The notes beneath the pieces were generated by a model. The model saw nothing but the letters and a program-made list of their open reading frames with translations, was not told the origin of the DNA and did no database searches. 32,000 nt of DNA from Prochlorococcus marinus str. NATL2A (GTDB lineage: Bacteria; Cyanobacteriota; Cyanobacteriia; PCC-6307; Cyanobiaceae): positions 1,050,001 to 1,082,000 of the forward strand of contig NC_007335.2 of NCBI RefSeq assembly GCF_000012465.1. The letters run 5' to 3'. Made by a program: the position numbers and the translations under genes. Positions 1-8,635 of this stretch are shown in pieces; the first letter of the stretch is position 1, and every line of letters begins with the position of its first letter.

Positions 1-31
1 AAACTTTGTCTTACATACACTTAAATTTTCA

Positions 32-166
32 ATGTTTAAAATCTTTCGTACAAAATGGTTTAGATCCGCACCTGTTCTTGCAACACTATGGCTTTCAAGC
101 ACTGCTGTCATCCTTATTGGTGTAAATAGCTATTTTCCTGACTATTTATTTATGCCCATGAGTTGA
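32..166 (+). CDS. psaJ: Photosystem I subunit IX (PsaJ), 44 aa
   Basis: ATG 32, TGA 164-166. [44 protein letters not shown] fits the PsaJ pattern (APV..lW....ilI..N..FPD.LF.P) as I remember it. Below the ORF-track cutoff. Confidence 0.8.
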
Positions 167-433
167 CGTAGTATTTGATCCTGAGCAAATACTTACACAA
201 TTTAAATTAACTTACGATTCACAAGTATATGGTGGTCAAAGTTTTTAGCAATTTTATTGGAGGAATTAGGACTTTCCCAATACCTTGCTGCGGATTCAAA
301 AAAAATGACATATGTTAGTGACTGTGGTGACGTAGTTATTAATGATTCCAATCTCTATCAATAACTTTTGCTAAGCCGATATTTCAAATTTTATAATCTC
401 ATATAAATTTTGGCTGACCAACATAAATTAAAG

Positions 434-604
434 ATGCAAATCACACCTCTAGCATTGGCTTTCTCAGAGTGGGGAATTGGTAGATTCCCACTGGATTTAA
501 TTGTTTTCCTATCTGTAGTACTGATTTTTGCTTTGCCAGCGGGTATTAATCGAAAAAAGATTTTTGTTGAAGGTGATGCATTTACAACTAGGCTGAGAAA
601 CTAG
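434..604 (+). CDS. Hypothetical small membrane protein (56 aa)
   Basis: Track ORF 410..604 starts at TTG; the first ATG is at 434. One hydrophobic helix. Shares the D-L-I-x-V-x-S-x-x-V-L-x-A-L-P pattern with 2452..2649. Confidence 0.4.
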   Translation: MQITPLALAFSEWGIGRFPLDLIVFLSVVLIFALPAGINRKKIFVEGDAFTTRLRN

Positions 605-644
605 AAAGAAAATGATAATTGACCTTAGAAATCAGCAAGAGATA

Positions 645-812
645 TCAAAAATATAGATAGTTGTCATTTAACAGAGAAACCCAACAGGAAAAAGTCGCAA
701 GATAAAATCGTAAAACGATAAAATTCACCTGATTATGAATCTCTTGAATAGTCAGTGAAATGTTTTATTTTCTTCAACTCAGAGCACTTTTTTGGCTCAT
801 AGACGATGTCAT
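645..812 (-). pseudogene. Decayed paralog of the 54-aa micro-ORF at 6060..6224
   Basis: The reverse complement aligns at about 70% by eye to 6060..6224 (atgacatc.tcta..., catttcactga.tattcaagagattca, tttacgatt, cctgttgggtt, atgacaac.atcta). It has a frameshift and an in-frame TAA. Confidence 0.6.
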
Positions 813-910
813 TTTTAACTAATTAAGTTGGGTGAACAACTATGGTTAAAATGATTTCCATTTAGTTAGCCTGCTATAACAACTTAAAGGCAACATTCCT
901 CTCAACATTG

Positions 911-928
911 CTTAGGCGAGGTAGTGGC
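911..928 (-). promoter_or_regulatory. Degenerate copy of the GCnCTACCnCGACCGAAC upstream motif
   Basis: Minus-strand reading gccactacctcgcctaag lies upstream of the decayed module at 645..812. Confidence 0.25.
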
Positions 929-1641
929 ATCCCTAGTAGACATACATTCTACAAATTAAGATTTTGACTTTCCTAAAAGGGTGTATAGAACAAATAGGCC
1001 GGATTATTGATGATTGTTTTTATTGACCATGACAAATACATTTACCCCCCTTCCAAGCAGAGCATTTCTTCTTTTTGCATTTCTTCTTTTTCTTCTTATC
1101 TCCCATAAGAGTTGAAATTTATTATTTGATTTTAATAGATGGAAATTTGTCTACTTCGAGTACCAATTTTATCAGCAATAGGAAAAACACTGTAATAAAT
1201 AAGTTGAATTCAATTTTTATTGGTTGTAATACTCAAACAATAAAAAATCAAAAAACAGTAACCTCAACAGCCACAAAAATAGACTATGTCTAATTTCTAA
1301 ACATGTTTTTTGGATGATGTTTTGGCAAAACCTCCTTTTTTAATTGTCCTAAGAGGCAACATATGATCTGTCCTCCTTTTATCTCAGCCTTTATTTGAAA
1401 AAGTTCAATAGCCTTCTGCTAAGGCGAATTATTTCAAATTTTTCAAATCATAAAATCAAAAAATTCCAGAATGAAATCTGTCATTTTGTCTCACATTCCA
1501 TATAAAAAAGAAGGTGAGATAAAAAGTTACTGGCTAGTGAAATAGCTGCAATGATTGGTGTTACGACATAAAAAGTTCATATTGTTACATTAAATACAAT
1601 CAAATTTGATTCTTTGATACATCCTTCTATCCATCGACTTG

Positions 1642-1812
1642 ATGATCATGACCAAAAAACTTACCTATCGGTACGCATTCACATTATTGAAAATGAAGAA
1701 TGCTGAAGGCAGAAATGAATATATGGATTTAGCCAAAGAAGCCAATCTCATATGGCATCAAATAGTTAGCCAAAAATCTAAATACACGCCTCGAATTAAC
1801 TGCAGAGCATAG
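1642..1812 (+). CDS. Hypothetical small protein (56 aa)
   Basis: ATG..TAG ORF. Shares the pattern Y-x-x-L...E-x-x-x-L-x-KE-x-x-x-IW with the C-terminal half of 4338..4568. Confidence 0.4.
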   Translation: MIMTKKLTYRYAFTLLKMKNAEGRNEYMDLAKEANLIWHQIVSQKSKYTPRINCRA

Positions 1813-1834
1813 TTAATTTATAAATTTTGTTTAA

Positions 1835-2140
1835 TCAAGCGAAAGCAGGATTATTCTCAACAACATTATTCTTTGGATTTTTAATCAACTGAAGGAATTG
1901 ATTTTTAACAAACGATCCAAAGCCAAGATCAATAAGGATGTGCAACACAAGGGAAATGCAAAAAACTACATAAAAAATTAAATGACAAATGAAAATATTT
2001 ATAAAATCATTTTTTTCCTTTGATTCGGTTTCGTTCAACTTTGATGGGACAAAATCAGCAAATGCATTTACACCTGCTGATTCAACCAAGCCAAACGGCA
2101 TTAATTCCTGATCTTTTACTGTTGGAGCAGCAGCAGTCAT
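1835..2140 (-). CDS. Hypothetical membrane protein (101 aa)
   Basis: ORF track; hydrophobic central segment. No family recognised. Confidence 0.45.
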   Translation of the reverse strand: MTAAAPTVKDQELMPFGLVESAGVNAFADFVPSKLNETESKEKNDFINIFICHLIFYVVFCISLVLHILIDLGFGSFVKNQFLQLIKNPKNNVVENNPAFA

Positions 2141-2400
2141 AACAAAAGCTCAACTGGATCTACCTTACTTTCTGATTTATAAGTTTGGCTTATGTCTTGA
2201 TGATATCGTTTTAAATCTTGTTCAAATAAGCCATCGTTTGCAGATCTTTCTGCATCATCATTGGAACTTTTTGCACATCAAACCTTTTTTTTATTTTAGA
2301 AATCTTTTTTTTCAAGAAAGCTGTAATGGACATAACATCGTTTAAATTGCTTCTATTAAATCGATAGACCAAAAAGATTCAATCGGTAAGAATTACCAAC

Positions 2401-2424
2401 AAAAAATTGGGGGCTAATGCCCCC
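2401..2424 (-). terminator. Intrinsic terminator downstream of 2452..2649
   Basis: Minus strand reads GGGGGC-AUUA-GCCCCC followed by AAUUUUUU. Confidence 0.7.
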
Positions 2425-2451
2425 TAAACAAATTACTGCAACTTCCAAATT

Positions 2452-2649
2452 CTATTTTGTAAAAAGAGAGCTCTTTACTCCAGCTTGTTCCCACTTCTTA
2501 ATTATTGGCCTTAGGAATGACATGGGTAGGGCAGTCAAAACTGCAAATGAAACAACAAGAATTAAGTCAGTAGTGAAATGATTTATTCCAAGATCTGTTC
2601 CAGCAAGCCATAACCAAGGAAATGCAGAAACGAATAAAGTAGTTAACAT
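2452..2649 (-). CDS. Hypothetical small membrane protein (65 aa)
   Basis: ORF track; two hydrophobic segments. Paralog-like to 434..604. Lies downstream of the hli gene at 2761..2907 on the same strand. Confidence 0.5.
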   Translation of the reverse strand: MLTTLFVSAFPWLWLAGTDLGINHFTTDLILVVSFAVLTALPMSFLRPIIKKWEQAGVKSSLFTK

Positions 2650-2760
2650 AGATTCTCTTCAATTAATCCAAATCATATAATTAAATTCTGTTCATTTTAT
2701 TCATTACTTCGTAAAAATTATCACAATCTGTTCTCATCATCAGGAATGGATTTACTTGGA

Positions 2761-2907
2761 CTAGAACACTCCTGGAATAATTTGTCCAGTAATTGCATAT
2801 GCACCAATGCCAGAGATAACTCCAATCATGGCAGCCCAGCCGTTATATTTTTCAGCCTTGTCTGCATTGAAATTCGAGGAAAACCATTGATTGATTGTTT
2901 CTTTCAT
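2761..2907 (-). CDS. hli: High-light-inducible protein (HLIP), 48 aa
   Basis: MKETINQWFSSNFNADKAEKYNGWAAMIGVISGIGAYAITGQIIPGVF carries the HLIP signature (E..NGWAAM.G....Y..TGQIIPG). The plus-strand track ORF 2746..2937 is its antisense shadow. Confidence 0.85.
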   Translation of the reverse strand: MKETINQWFSSNFNADKAEKYNGWAAMIGVISGIGAYAITGQIIPGVF

Positions 2908-3014
2908 TTGTTCATTAAACTTTTAACTCAAGAGTAATAAAAAATCATATAAATTCAGTCGCAATAGCTACATCCATAAGTCAGTAGTAGTTATTACAGC
3001 TATAAATAATTCAT

Positions 3015-3047
3015 ATGACTACTTTATTATGGTAATAAAGTAGTCAT
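3015..3047. repeat. Perfect 15-bp inverted repeat with a 3-nt loop
   Basis: atgactactttatta-tgg-taataaagtagtcat in a roughly 470-bp non-coding stretch. Confidence 0.8.
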
Positions 3048-3407
3048 TATAAAGTAGACAGTTTAGACTTAACTTAAATTGAAAAAGTAATTCTTAAGGA
3101 ATCATTTAATATGATTTGCTTTTGTTGGTGATTTTATTAAGTGAAATTAAGGCTAAGTCATAAGAAGATAAACCAACCTGATTTACAAAAGAATCAAGAT
3201 TAACTATTTTTTTTTGTTAGTAATAATTACTTTTGGGATTTCCATTCAAATTTCCTATGTATATTTTTACTAAAAGCTAAATTTATGTGCTTTCAATAGA
3301 CATAAAGACACTTTAATAAGTGTTCGTTACTAACAACTATAATTTTAGTTGCTAGTAAATCTGATTTAAAACTCAGAACTTCTAACTAAAAAAAATAATT
3401 GTTCATC

Positions 3408-3698
3408 TCAAAATGATTCATCAGTTACCTCTTGATTTTTTGTTTTTTTCCTTTTTGTTTTTTGAAGCTTATAACCAAACTCAATGAGTTGATGATATGT
3501 CAATTTAGTTTGCAGAGCACTTAAAGAGAGACGTTTTTCATCATCTTTTTGAAGATAAAAATTTCCTCTATTATTATTATTTGTCTCAATAGTAATAAAC
3601 TCTTTTCCTTTCTTAAGAATCCAAGGCTCTTTTAAATAATTATCGTCCCCCTCTTTCAGATCCCATGGAACTGGTACTGACTTTTTCTTTAATGGCAT
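3408..3698 (-). CDS. Hypothetical protein (96 aa), lysine-rich C-terminus
   Basis: ORF track; ATG start. No family recognised. Confidence 0.5.
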   Translation of the reverse strand: MPLKKKSVPVPWDLKEGDDNYLKEPWILKKGKEFITIETNNNNRGNFYLQKDDEKRLSLSALQTKLTYHQLIEFGYKLQKTKRKKTKNQEVTDESF

Positions 3699-4337
3699 TC
3701 TAAAAAATTACACCCCATATTTTTTATTTTACACTCAAATCATGAGATAATCCAGTTAACGCTATTAATGCTCCAAACTATTGTGATAATAACGAGTATC
3801 TAGTCGTATGGAAATTAGATTTTTATTAGTATTTACGAAGGCTTATTTAGACCCATCTTTTTCTTGGACACTATTAATTTAGAGGTTATTGCATTTAGCC
3901 TGTTCTCATATTCTCTTTATCTGTGGATTTAAATTTTTAAATCTCATCGCCTCGGAGGAAACAACCATCAAGAACTCGTGATGGAATTTATAAAAATACT
4001 GAAACTAATACGTCATTAGCGATAGTAAAAAATTTAGTCCTAACAGCTATATTTTTACTTTTGCCTAAATCTCTTCACTACACTTGAATTAATCGTAAGA
4101 TTCACAAATCATTATAAATACACAGAAAATTTTACTGTCGAACTTTGAAAGGTTTGATGGTTATGAGATGGCCAGTAAAAAGTACATAGTTCCTAAAACC
4201 GAACAAACATCTAACACACTCTCAAAACCTTCAAGACAGAATAATTAAGTGTTGGATTAATACCAACTAGAGATAGGAATGGTGTCCTGTATACCACCCT
4301 TCCTCTTCTCGCTAAATATTTATAGCATTTATTTTGA

Positions 4338-4568
4338 ATGAGAAGCCATCACAACAGCAAATTGAATTTCTCACATGCACCTTACAAAAAAAAATCTGCG
4401 CTAAATAATGTAGATAGAGAGATAAGAATGGGTGAAATTAGGCTCAAATATGTGCAACTTATGAGAGATGCTCATTCGTTTCTAGGAGACGAAGATGCAA
4501 ATATTTTGATCAAAGAATCAAAGGATATATGGGACAACCTTAGTAATTCAAAAGGGTTAGAAGTTTAA
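4338..4568 (+). CDS. Hypothetical small protein (76 aa; alternative start at 4428)
   Basis: ORF track. The C-terminal 46 aa (MGEIRLKYVQLMRDAHSFLGDEDANILIKESKDIWDNL...) resemble 1642..1812. Confidence 0.45.
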   Translation: MRSHHNSKLNFSHAPYKKKSALNNVDREIRMGEIRLKYVQLMRDAHSFLGDEDANILIKESKDIWDNLSNSKGLEV

Positions 4569-4653
4569 ATATCTTTGCAAAATAGTTAGTTGAGATAAAC
4601 AATGAACGCGAACAATCTGTTGTTTCAATAAGAAAAAGTGGCATGATTAGTTC

Positions 4654-4935
4654 ATGAACCGTTTAGATGAACTAAAAGCTTTACTTAATAGCTTTTTCAA
4701 CAGGGAAGAACCTAACAGAAGAGAGATGAAAAGAGTTTTTCAATGGAGAAGGTATCTTGACTGGAAAAATTTAACGCCAGAAGAGAAGCTCTCGACTAAA
4801 AGATTTTTATTCATCCCTGTATTTGCTTATCTAATAATTGAGATCTTTAATAAGAATTTTTCATTGATTGTTCTATTCCTTATTGGTTATGTGATTTATA
4901 AGAAATTTGAAAGAGGGAGTATTGTAAAAAAGTAA
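4654..4935 (+). CDS. Hypothetical membrane protein (93 aa)
   Basis: ORF track; hydrophobic segment FLFIPVFAYLIIEIF...LIVLFLIGYVIY. Confidence 0.5.
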   Translation: MNRLDELKALLNSFFNREEPNRREMKRVFQWRRYLDWKNLTPEEKLSTKRFLFIPVFAYLIIEIFNKNFSLIVLFLIGYVIYKKFERGSIVKK

Positions 4936-4961
4936 ATTATTCTGCGTCTAAAGCAATAAAA

Positions 4962-4999
4962 AGGCCTCTTCCGTAATGACAGAGAAGAGGCCTTTTTTT
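4962..4999. terminator. Bidirectional intrinsic terminator
   Basis: aggcctcttc/gaagaggcct stem flanked by an A-run and a T-run. Sits between convergent 4654..4935 (+) and the hli operon (-). Confidence 0.8.
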
Positions 5000-5019
5000 A
5001 TTTGATTTGAAAGGTAGGA

Positions 5020-5145
5020 CTATACAATTCCTGGGATGATCCAGCCTGTAATTCCGTAATTAATGACTGCTGCAAAGAAGCCCATCATCGCTAGACGACC
5101 GTTCATTTGCTCTGCTGTTTTCCAGTAGTTAGTTTCTTTGTTCAT
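5020..5145 (-). CDS. hli: HLIP, 41 aa
   Basis: MNKETNYWKTAEQMNGRLAMMGFFAAVINYGITGWIIPGIV. The internal ATG of track ORF 5020..5205 is the likely start; it overlaps the upstream stop as TAATG. Confidence 0.85.
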   Translation of the reverse strand: MNKETNYWKTAEQMNGRLAMMGFFAAVINYGITGWIIPGIV

Positions 5146-5291
5146 TACACAACACCTGGGATAATTTGACCTGTTGTTAGATATGCACCGATGAGTGCCC
5201 AGCATCCAACAAAAGCTGCGTAGCCATTGAGTCTTTCTGCAATGACTTTGCCTTCTTCTACTCTTGGAGTTTCAGTCGTTTGGTTTTTCAT
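5145..5291 (-). CDS. hli: HLIP, 48 aa
   Basis: MKNQTTETPRVEEGKVIAERLNGYAAFVGCWALIGAYLTTGQIIPGVV. Below the track cutoff; TAATG overlaps at both ends. Confidence 0.8.
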   Translation of the reverse strand: MKNQTTETPRVEEGKVIAERLNGYAAFVGCWALIGAYLTTGQIIPGVV

Positions 5292-5410
5292 TAAACAACA
5301 CCTGGGATAAGTTGACCGGTTGTTAGGTAGATACCTGTTAGAAGAACGAATGCCATCATGGCTGGTCTGCCGATGCTTCTTTCTAGGATTGTTTTGTTAG
5401 ATGGTTGCAT
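5291..5410 (-). CDS. hli: HLIP-like, 39 aa
   Basis: MQPSNKTILERSIGRPAMMAFVLLTGIYLTTGQLIPGVV. Truncated N-terminus but retains the GR.AM....TGQ.IPG core. Confidence 0.7.
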   Translation of the reverse strand: MQPSNKTILERSIGRPAMMAFVLLTGIYLTTGQLIPGVV

Positions 5411-5444
5411 TGTTTTTAATAGTTACTTATTAGTAGTTATTGGT

Positions 5445-5660
5445 TTAGAAAATTCCAGGAATGATTTGACCTGTTGTGAAGTATGAAACCAAAAGGCTGA
5501 CCATCCCGATCATTGCCCAACGGCCATTTGTCTTCTCAGCTTCTTCTGGATAGCTGGTGTAGTCCTCTACAAGCTGTGGCTGTGTTTCACGGCCAAAGAT
5601 GTTTTGCTTGCCGTACTCAGTGATTACCTGAGAAGAAGCTGCGTTGGAAGAAGTTGTCAT
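5445..5660 (-). CDS. hli: HLIP, 71 aa (first gene of the four-gene operon)
   Basis: ORF track; ...EKTNGRWAMIGMVSLLVSYFTTGQIIPGIF. Confidence 0.9.
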   Translation of the reverse strand: MTTSSNAASSQVITEYGKQNIFGRETQPQLVEDYTSYPEEAEKTNGRWAMIGMVSLLVSYFTTGQIIPGIF

Positions 5661-5675
5661 TACTGGGATTGCGTT

Positions 5676-5693
5676 GATGTGAATGAATGTAAA
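5676..5693 (-). promoter_or_regulatory. HLR1-like direct repeat (candidate RpaB site)
   Basis: Minus strand reads TTTACATT-ca-TTCACATC, compared with the remembered consensus (G/T)TTACA(T/A)(T/A)-n2-repeat. It lies 15 nt upstream of the hli ATG at 5660. An identical copy is at 23660..23677. Confidence 0.4.
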
Positions 5694-5715
5694 GTATGAA
5701 TTTTCTAAATGAAAG

Positions 5716-5732
5716 ATACGGTCGGGTACGGC
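5716..5732 (-). promoter_or_regulatory. Upstream motif instance (hli operon side)
   Basis: Minus strand reads gccgtacc-cgaccgtat, about 55 nt upstream of the hli ATG. An identical copy is at 23700..23716. Confidence 0.35.
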
Positions 5733-5855
5733 TTCTTCTAATAATCAATAAAAATAAGTCTCAAACACTAAATACAACAACTACTTAGAGAGATATTGAT
5801 CCAATGATTAGATCTATTGATGACTCTAATAAGTATAAATAGCCCGAACTGGATA

Positions 5856-5898
5856 GCCCTACTTCAACCGTCCTACTACTATTAAAAGCTTCTATTAT
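5856..5898 (+). promoter_or_regulatory. Upstream motif plus -10 box for the 36/54-aa micro-ORF pair
   Basis: gccctacttcaaccgtcc, then tactactattaaaag, then TATTAT at 5893..5898, 45 nt before the ATG at 5943. An identical copy is at 23840..23882. Confidence 0.45.
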
Positions 5899-5942
5899 GT
5901 TTTATTCATCTTTTTTAAATCTACTAAACCAGACTTTTAGTC

Positions 5943-6053
5943 ATGCTTGCAATCAACAAAACTACTGCTGCAAAACTAATCATTCTCTGGAATCTTCCTG
6001 CACTACTTTTATTAGCTAGTGCTTATGAAGTTGGTACTACCGTATTTGCTTAA
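5943..6053 (+). CDS. 36-aa membrane peptide (LWNLPALLLLA family)
   Basis: MLAINKTTAAKLIILWNLPALLLLASAYEVGTTVFA. Paralogs at 16312..16425 and 22090..22200. Confidence 0.55.
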   Translation: MLAINKTTAAKLIILWNLPALLLLASAYEVGTTVFA

Positions 6054-6059
6054 CTCACA

Positions 6060-6224
6060 ATGACATCATCTAAAAACAGCCCAAAAAATTGGTCCGAGTG
6101 GAACAACGCGAAGCATTTCACTGATTATTCAAGAGATTCAGGCACAGGCAAATTTGTTCGCTTTACGATTGCTGCCTTACTCTTCGTTCCTGTTGGGTTC
6201 CTTGCTTACATGACAACGATCTAG
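6060..6224 (+). CDS. 54-aa membrane peptide
   Basis: MTSSKNSPKNWSEWNNAKHFTDYSRDSGTGKFVRFTIAALLFVPVGFLAYMTTI. Starts 6 nt after the preceding ORF. A decayed paralog is at 645..812. Confidence 0.5.
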   Translation: MTSSKNSPKNWSEWNNAKHFTDYSRDSGTGKFVRFTIAALLFVPVGFLAYMTTI

Positions 6225-6315
6225 GTTATTAAAGCAACCTAAAACAATTGATTGAATATTTTGCTTCTACTAACCGTAACAGATAAAGTTTTAATTACCA
6301 CTTAAAAGGAAGCGT

Positions 6316-6681
6316 CTACAAATTATTTATCTCTTTGTTCGAGGAGGTTCCCCATTGACATGAGAGTTCACATTCAGTCAATTTTGTTTGTTCAAGACGA
6401 CTTAATATCCTAGCCATATCGACAGAGGAGAGACTTCCATCAGTATTCCATTTGAGAGTTGTTTTACGCTGAAATGGGATTTTCTCCTTTGTTTGTCCAG
6501 AAGGAAGAAATTTAATAGTATTGTTTTCGATAAAATCTAAAAATGATTTAGCACTGTGTAGGTCCCCAGTGTAAGTGCATTGATTTGCAGAACAAGCTCT
6601 AAAGATTCGGCCCGACAATCCATCTAAGCAATGAATTGATCCACCATTAACAGTTACATGGAAAGGTTTTCTAAGCGACAT
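6316..6681 (-). CDS. Hypothetical protein (121 aa)
   Basis: ORF track; no family recognised. Confidence 0.5.
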   Translation of the reverse strand: MSLRKPFHVTVNGGSIHCLDGLSGRIFRACSANQCTYTGDLHSAKSFLDFIENNTIKFLPSGQTKEKIPFQRKTTLKWNTDGSLSSVDMARILSRLEQTKLTECELSCQWGTSSNKEINNL

Positions 6682-6928
6682 AGCTAGTACTCCATTCCTA
6701 CAATGACAAGCATTTTTGTATCAACCATTACAAAATGACAATAAGTCTTAATGCTCAATCAGTCATTCCAGGCAATATCACCAAATTCCTAGTCAGCTCT
6801 GTATGAACTTATTTGCTCTAGATATTTAATCGTTATATATTTATTTTTGCAGCGCTGCGCTGAAAAATTGTCGAAGCTGTTGATCATACTTGGGCAACAA
6901 ACTGCAAGAGACTATTCAATCTATCCTT

Positions 6929-7111
6929 TTATTTGTAGTAATTCACAAGATCAACAATAAGAACAGCCAAAAGAACTCCTCCAAGAATGAAGGGCAGAAA
7001 AGGATATTTGGCTGAGAGAGTGCTTATAAAACCAGCTTTCTTTTCCTTTTGCTTTATCTTCTTTTCTCTAGGAGGTAATCCCAACTCTTTTCTTCTTTTG
7101 GCTTCTCCCAT
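6929..7111 (-). CDS. Small membrane protein, MGEAKRRKELGLPPREK family (60 aa)
   Basis: Internal ATG of track ORF 6929..7150. The N-terminal 17 aa are identical to 18967..19188; C-terminal TM helix. Confidence 0.55.
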   Translation of the reverse strand: MGEAKRRKELGLPPREKKIKQKEKKAGFISTLSAKYPFLPFILGGVLLAVLIVDLVNYYK

Positions 7112-7714
7112 ATTTAGTAAAAAAAGGTCTGATGCTCCAAGATAATTCAACTTTGAAACTAAGCCTAAAAAAAATAAGAAACTCTACTTTTATTAAAGTA
7201 TTAGAAAGACATCTTTAATGGTGATTTTAATATCAGTTTAATTAGGGTAACTCTAAAAGGTTCTTAATACTTAGAGATCTTCCCAAGTATAACCGTCGTA
7301 ATTTTTGAGCCATTTGATTTAGATCTTTATAAGACCATATTTTTGTCTTTGTCTGATCTAAAAAATTTTTATTAGCAAGTGTCATATATTGAATAGATTT
7401 TGAGTAATGTAATATATGCCTCTTGTGTAATTTAGGCTTCTCAACCTCAGGCCACTTATCATCTACAAAAGATGATATCCAGACCTATCGATTAGCAGAT
7501 ATAAATCATTATCTATCTATGTAAAAATTTTTCTTCTCCCAATAAAGGCAAAGAAAAAAATCTCCCAATATTGAAGTAACGACTAAAAATATTTACATGT
7601 ATAAATGGTATCAGCGTAAACCGATAAAAGGGCTAAGTTGACAATCTTATCAACTCATGAATTTCATCTATAACTGATATTTTAAACGATTTTGTTCTAT
7701 TCCTTCCTTAGGTT

Positions 7715-8137
7715 TTAATAATCAATATTTGATTGCCTATTCCTTTTTAATTCACCTCTTTTCTTCTTTGACTCAATTCTCCTCCTCTGTGATGAGCGAG
7801 TAGGTATTGTCTCCCTTCTTGTCTTTGGAGGTGGCTTTAAAAGATCTCGTAAGGTTGAAGTAAGTCTATTTATAGCTAATTGTCTATTTTGATATTGTGT
7901 TCTTTTATCTTGAACAGCTATACAAATACAACCATTAGAAAGCTTGACTTCATCCTGAATTGAGATTCTAAATTTCTGGTATGGAGTTAAAGTTTTTGAT
8001 TCAGATACGTTAAATACAATTTCAGCTCGACTGTCTGCCTTATTTACGTTCTGTCCACCAGCTCCTGATGATCTAGAGAATCTCCACTTTATTTCATTAC
8101 CTGGTATTTCAAGATTAGAATTAATCCTAAGATTCAT
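7715..8137 (-). CDS. arfB: Peptidyl-tRNA hydrolase ArfB (YaeJ-type ribosome rescue factor), 140 aa
   Basis: GGQ motif (SGAGGQNVNK), 140-aa length and a basic C-terminal tail, as in E. coli ArfB. Confidence 0.85.
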   Translation of the reverse strand: MNLRINSNLEIPGNEIKWRFSRSSGAGGQNVNKADSRAEIVFNVSESKTLTPYQKFRISIQDEVKLSNGCICIAVQDKRTQYQNRQLAINRLTSTLRDLLKPPPKTRRETIPTRSSQRRRIESKKKRGELKRNRQSNIDY

Positions 8138-8146
8138 TTGTCTACT

Positions 8147-8635
8147 TTATCCAGCCAATCGAAGTGAGCTCATTTCTAATGGATTAGGCTTTTTGGGTTC
8201 TTTAATCTCATTCGGAGAAAAGAAAATGGATGACTGAGCATTGGTTACCTCTCGACATTTTTTATTAGGGCCACAAACAAATAAATATGTATCCACATCA
8301 ACACTTGCATCTGGAAGCTTTATGCAAGTAGCTCCGAAGTTCTTTTCAAGCAATACCCACATTTTCTTTTTATCTATACATTCTTGGAAGAGGTCATTAG
8401 GATTATTTTCACTAATAACACCTCTTACATTTAAAACAAAATAACGATTAATAAAAATTTCTTTTGCTTTAATTTCAGACTCTTTGCTAGATATTCGTGC
8501 CATATAATGGCAGTCATCTAAAACGTATTCCTGACTATCTAATTTAGATAGTATCCATCCAATATCTTTCGAACTTACCCCTTTCTCAATAAGAAAAAAT
8601 TCGAATGCTCGTTTATCAGTAGGACCTCTCCCCAT
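8147..8635 (-). CDS. Hypothetical protein (162 aa), upstream of arfB
   Basis: ORF track. Separated from arfB by 9 nt and divergent from psbA. Confidence 0.6.
   Translation of the reverse strand: MGRGPTDKRAFEFFLIEKGVSSKDIGWILSKLDSQEYVLDDCHYMARISSKESEIKAKEIFINRYFVLNVRGVISENNPNDLFQECIDKKKMWVLLEKNFGATCIKLPDASVDVDTYLFVCGPNKKCREVTNAQSSIFFSPNEIKEPKKPNPLEMSSLRLAG

Larger units (their letters stand above)
4947..6258. repeat. Copy 1 of a 1,312-bp direct repeat (hli operon plus two micro-ORFs)
   Basis: Matches 22931..24242 at every position I compared line by line (offset 17,984). Boundaries are set by the first mismatches on each side. Confidence 0.9.

Noticed and set aside
1075-1293. 72-aa plus-strand ORF starting MHFFFFFLSP...
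   Set aside because: Low-complexity T-rich start, TTG-type initiation and no paralog or motif. Probably non-coding spacer.
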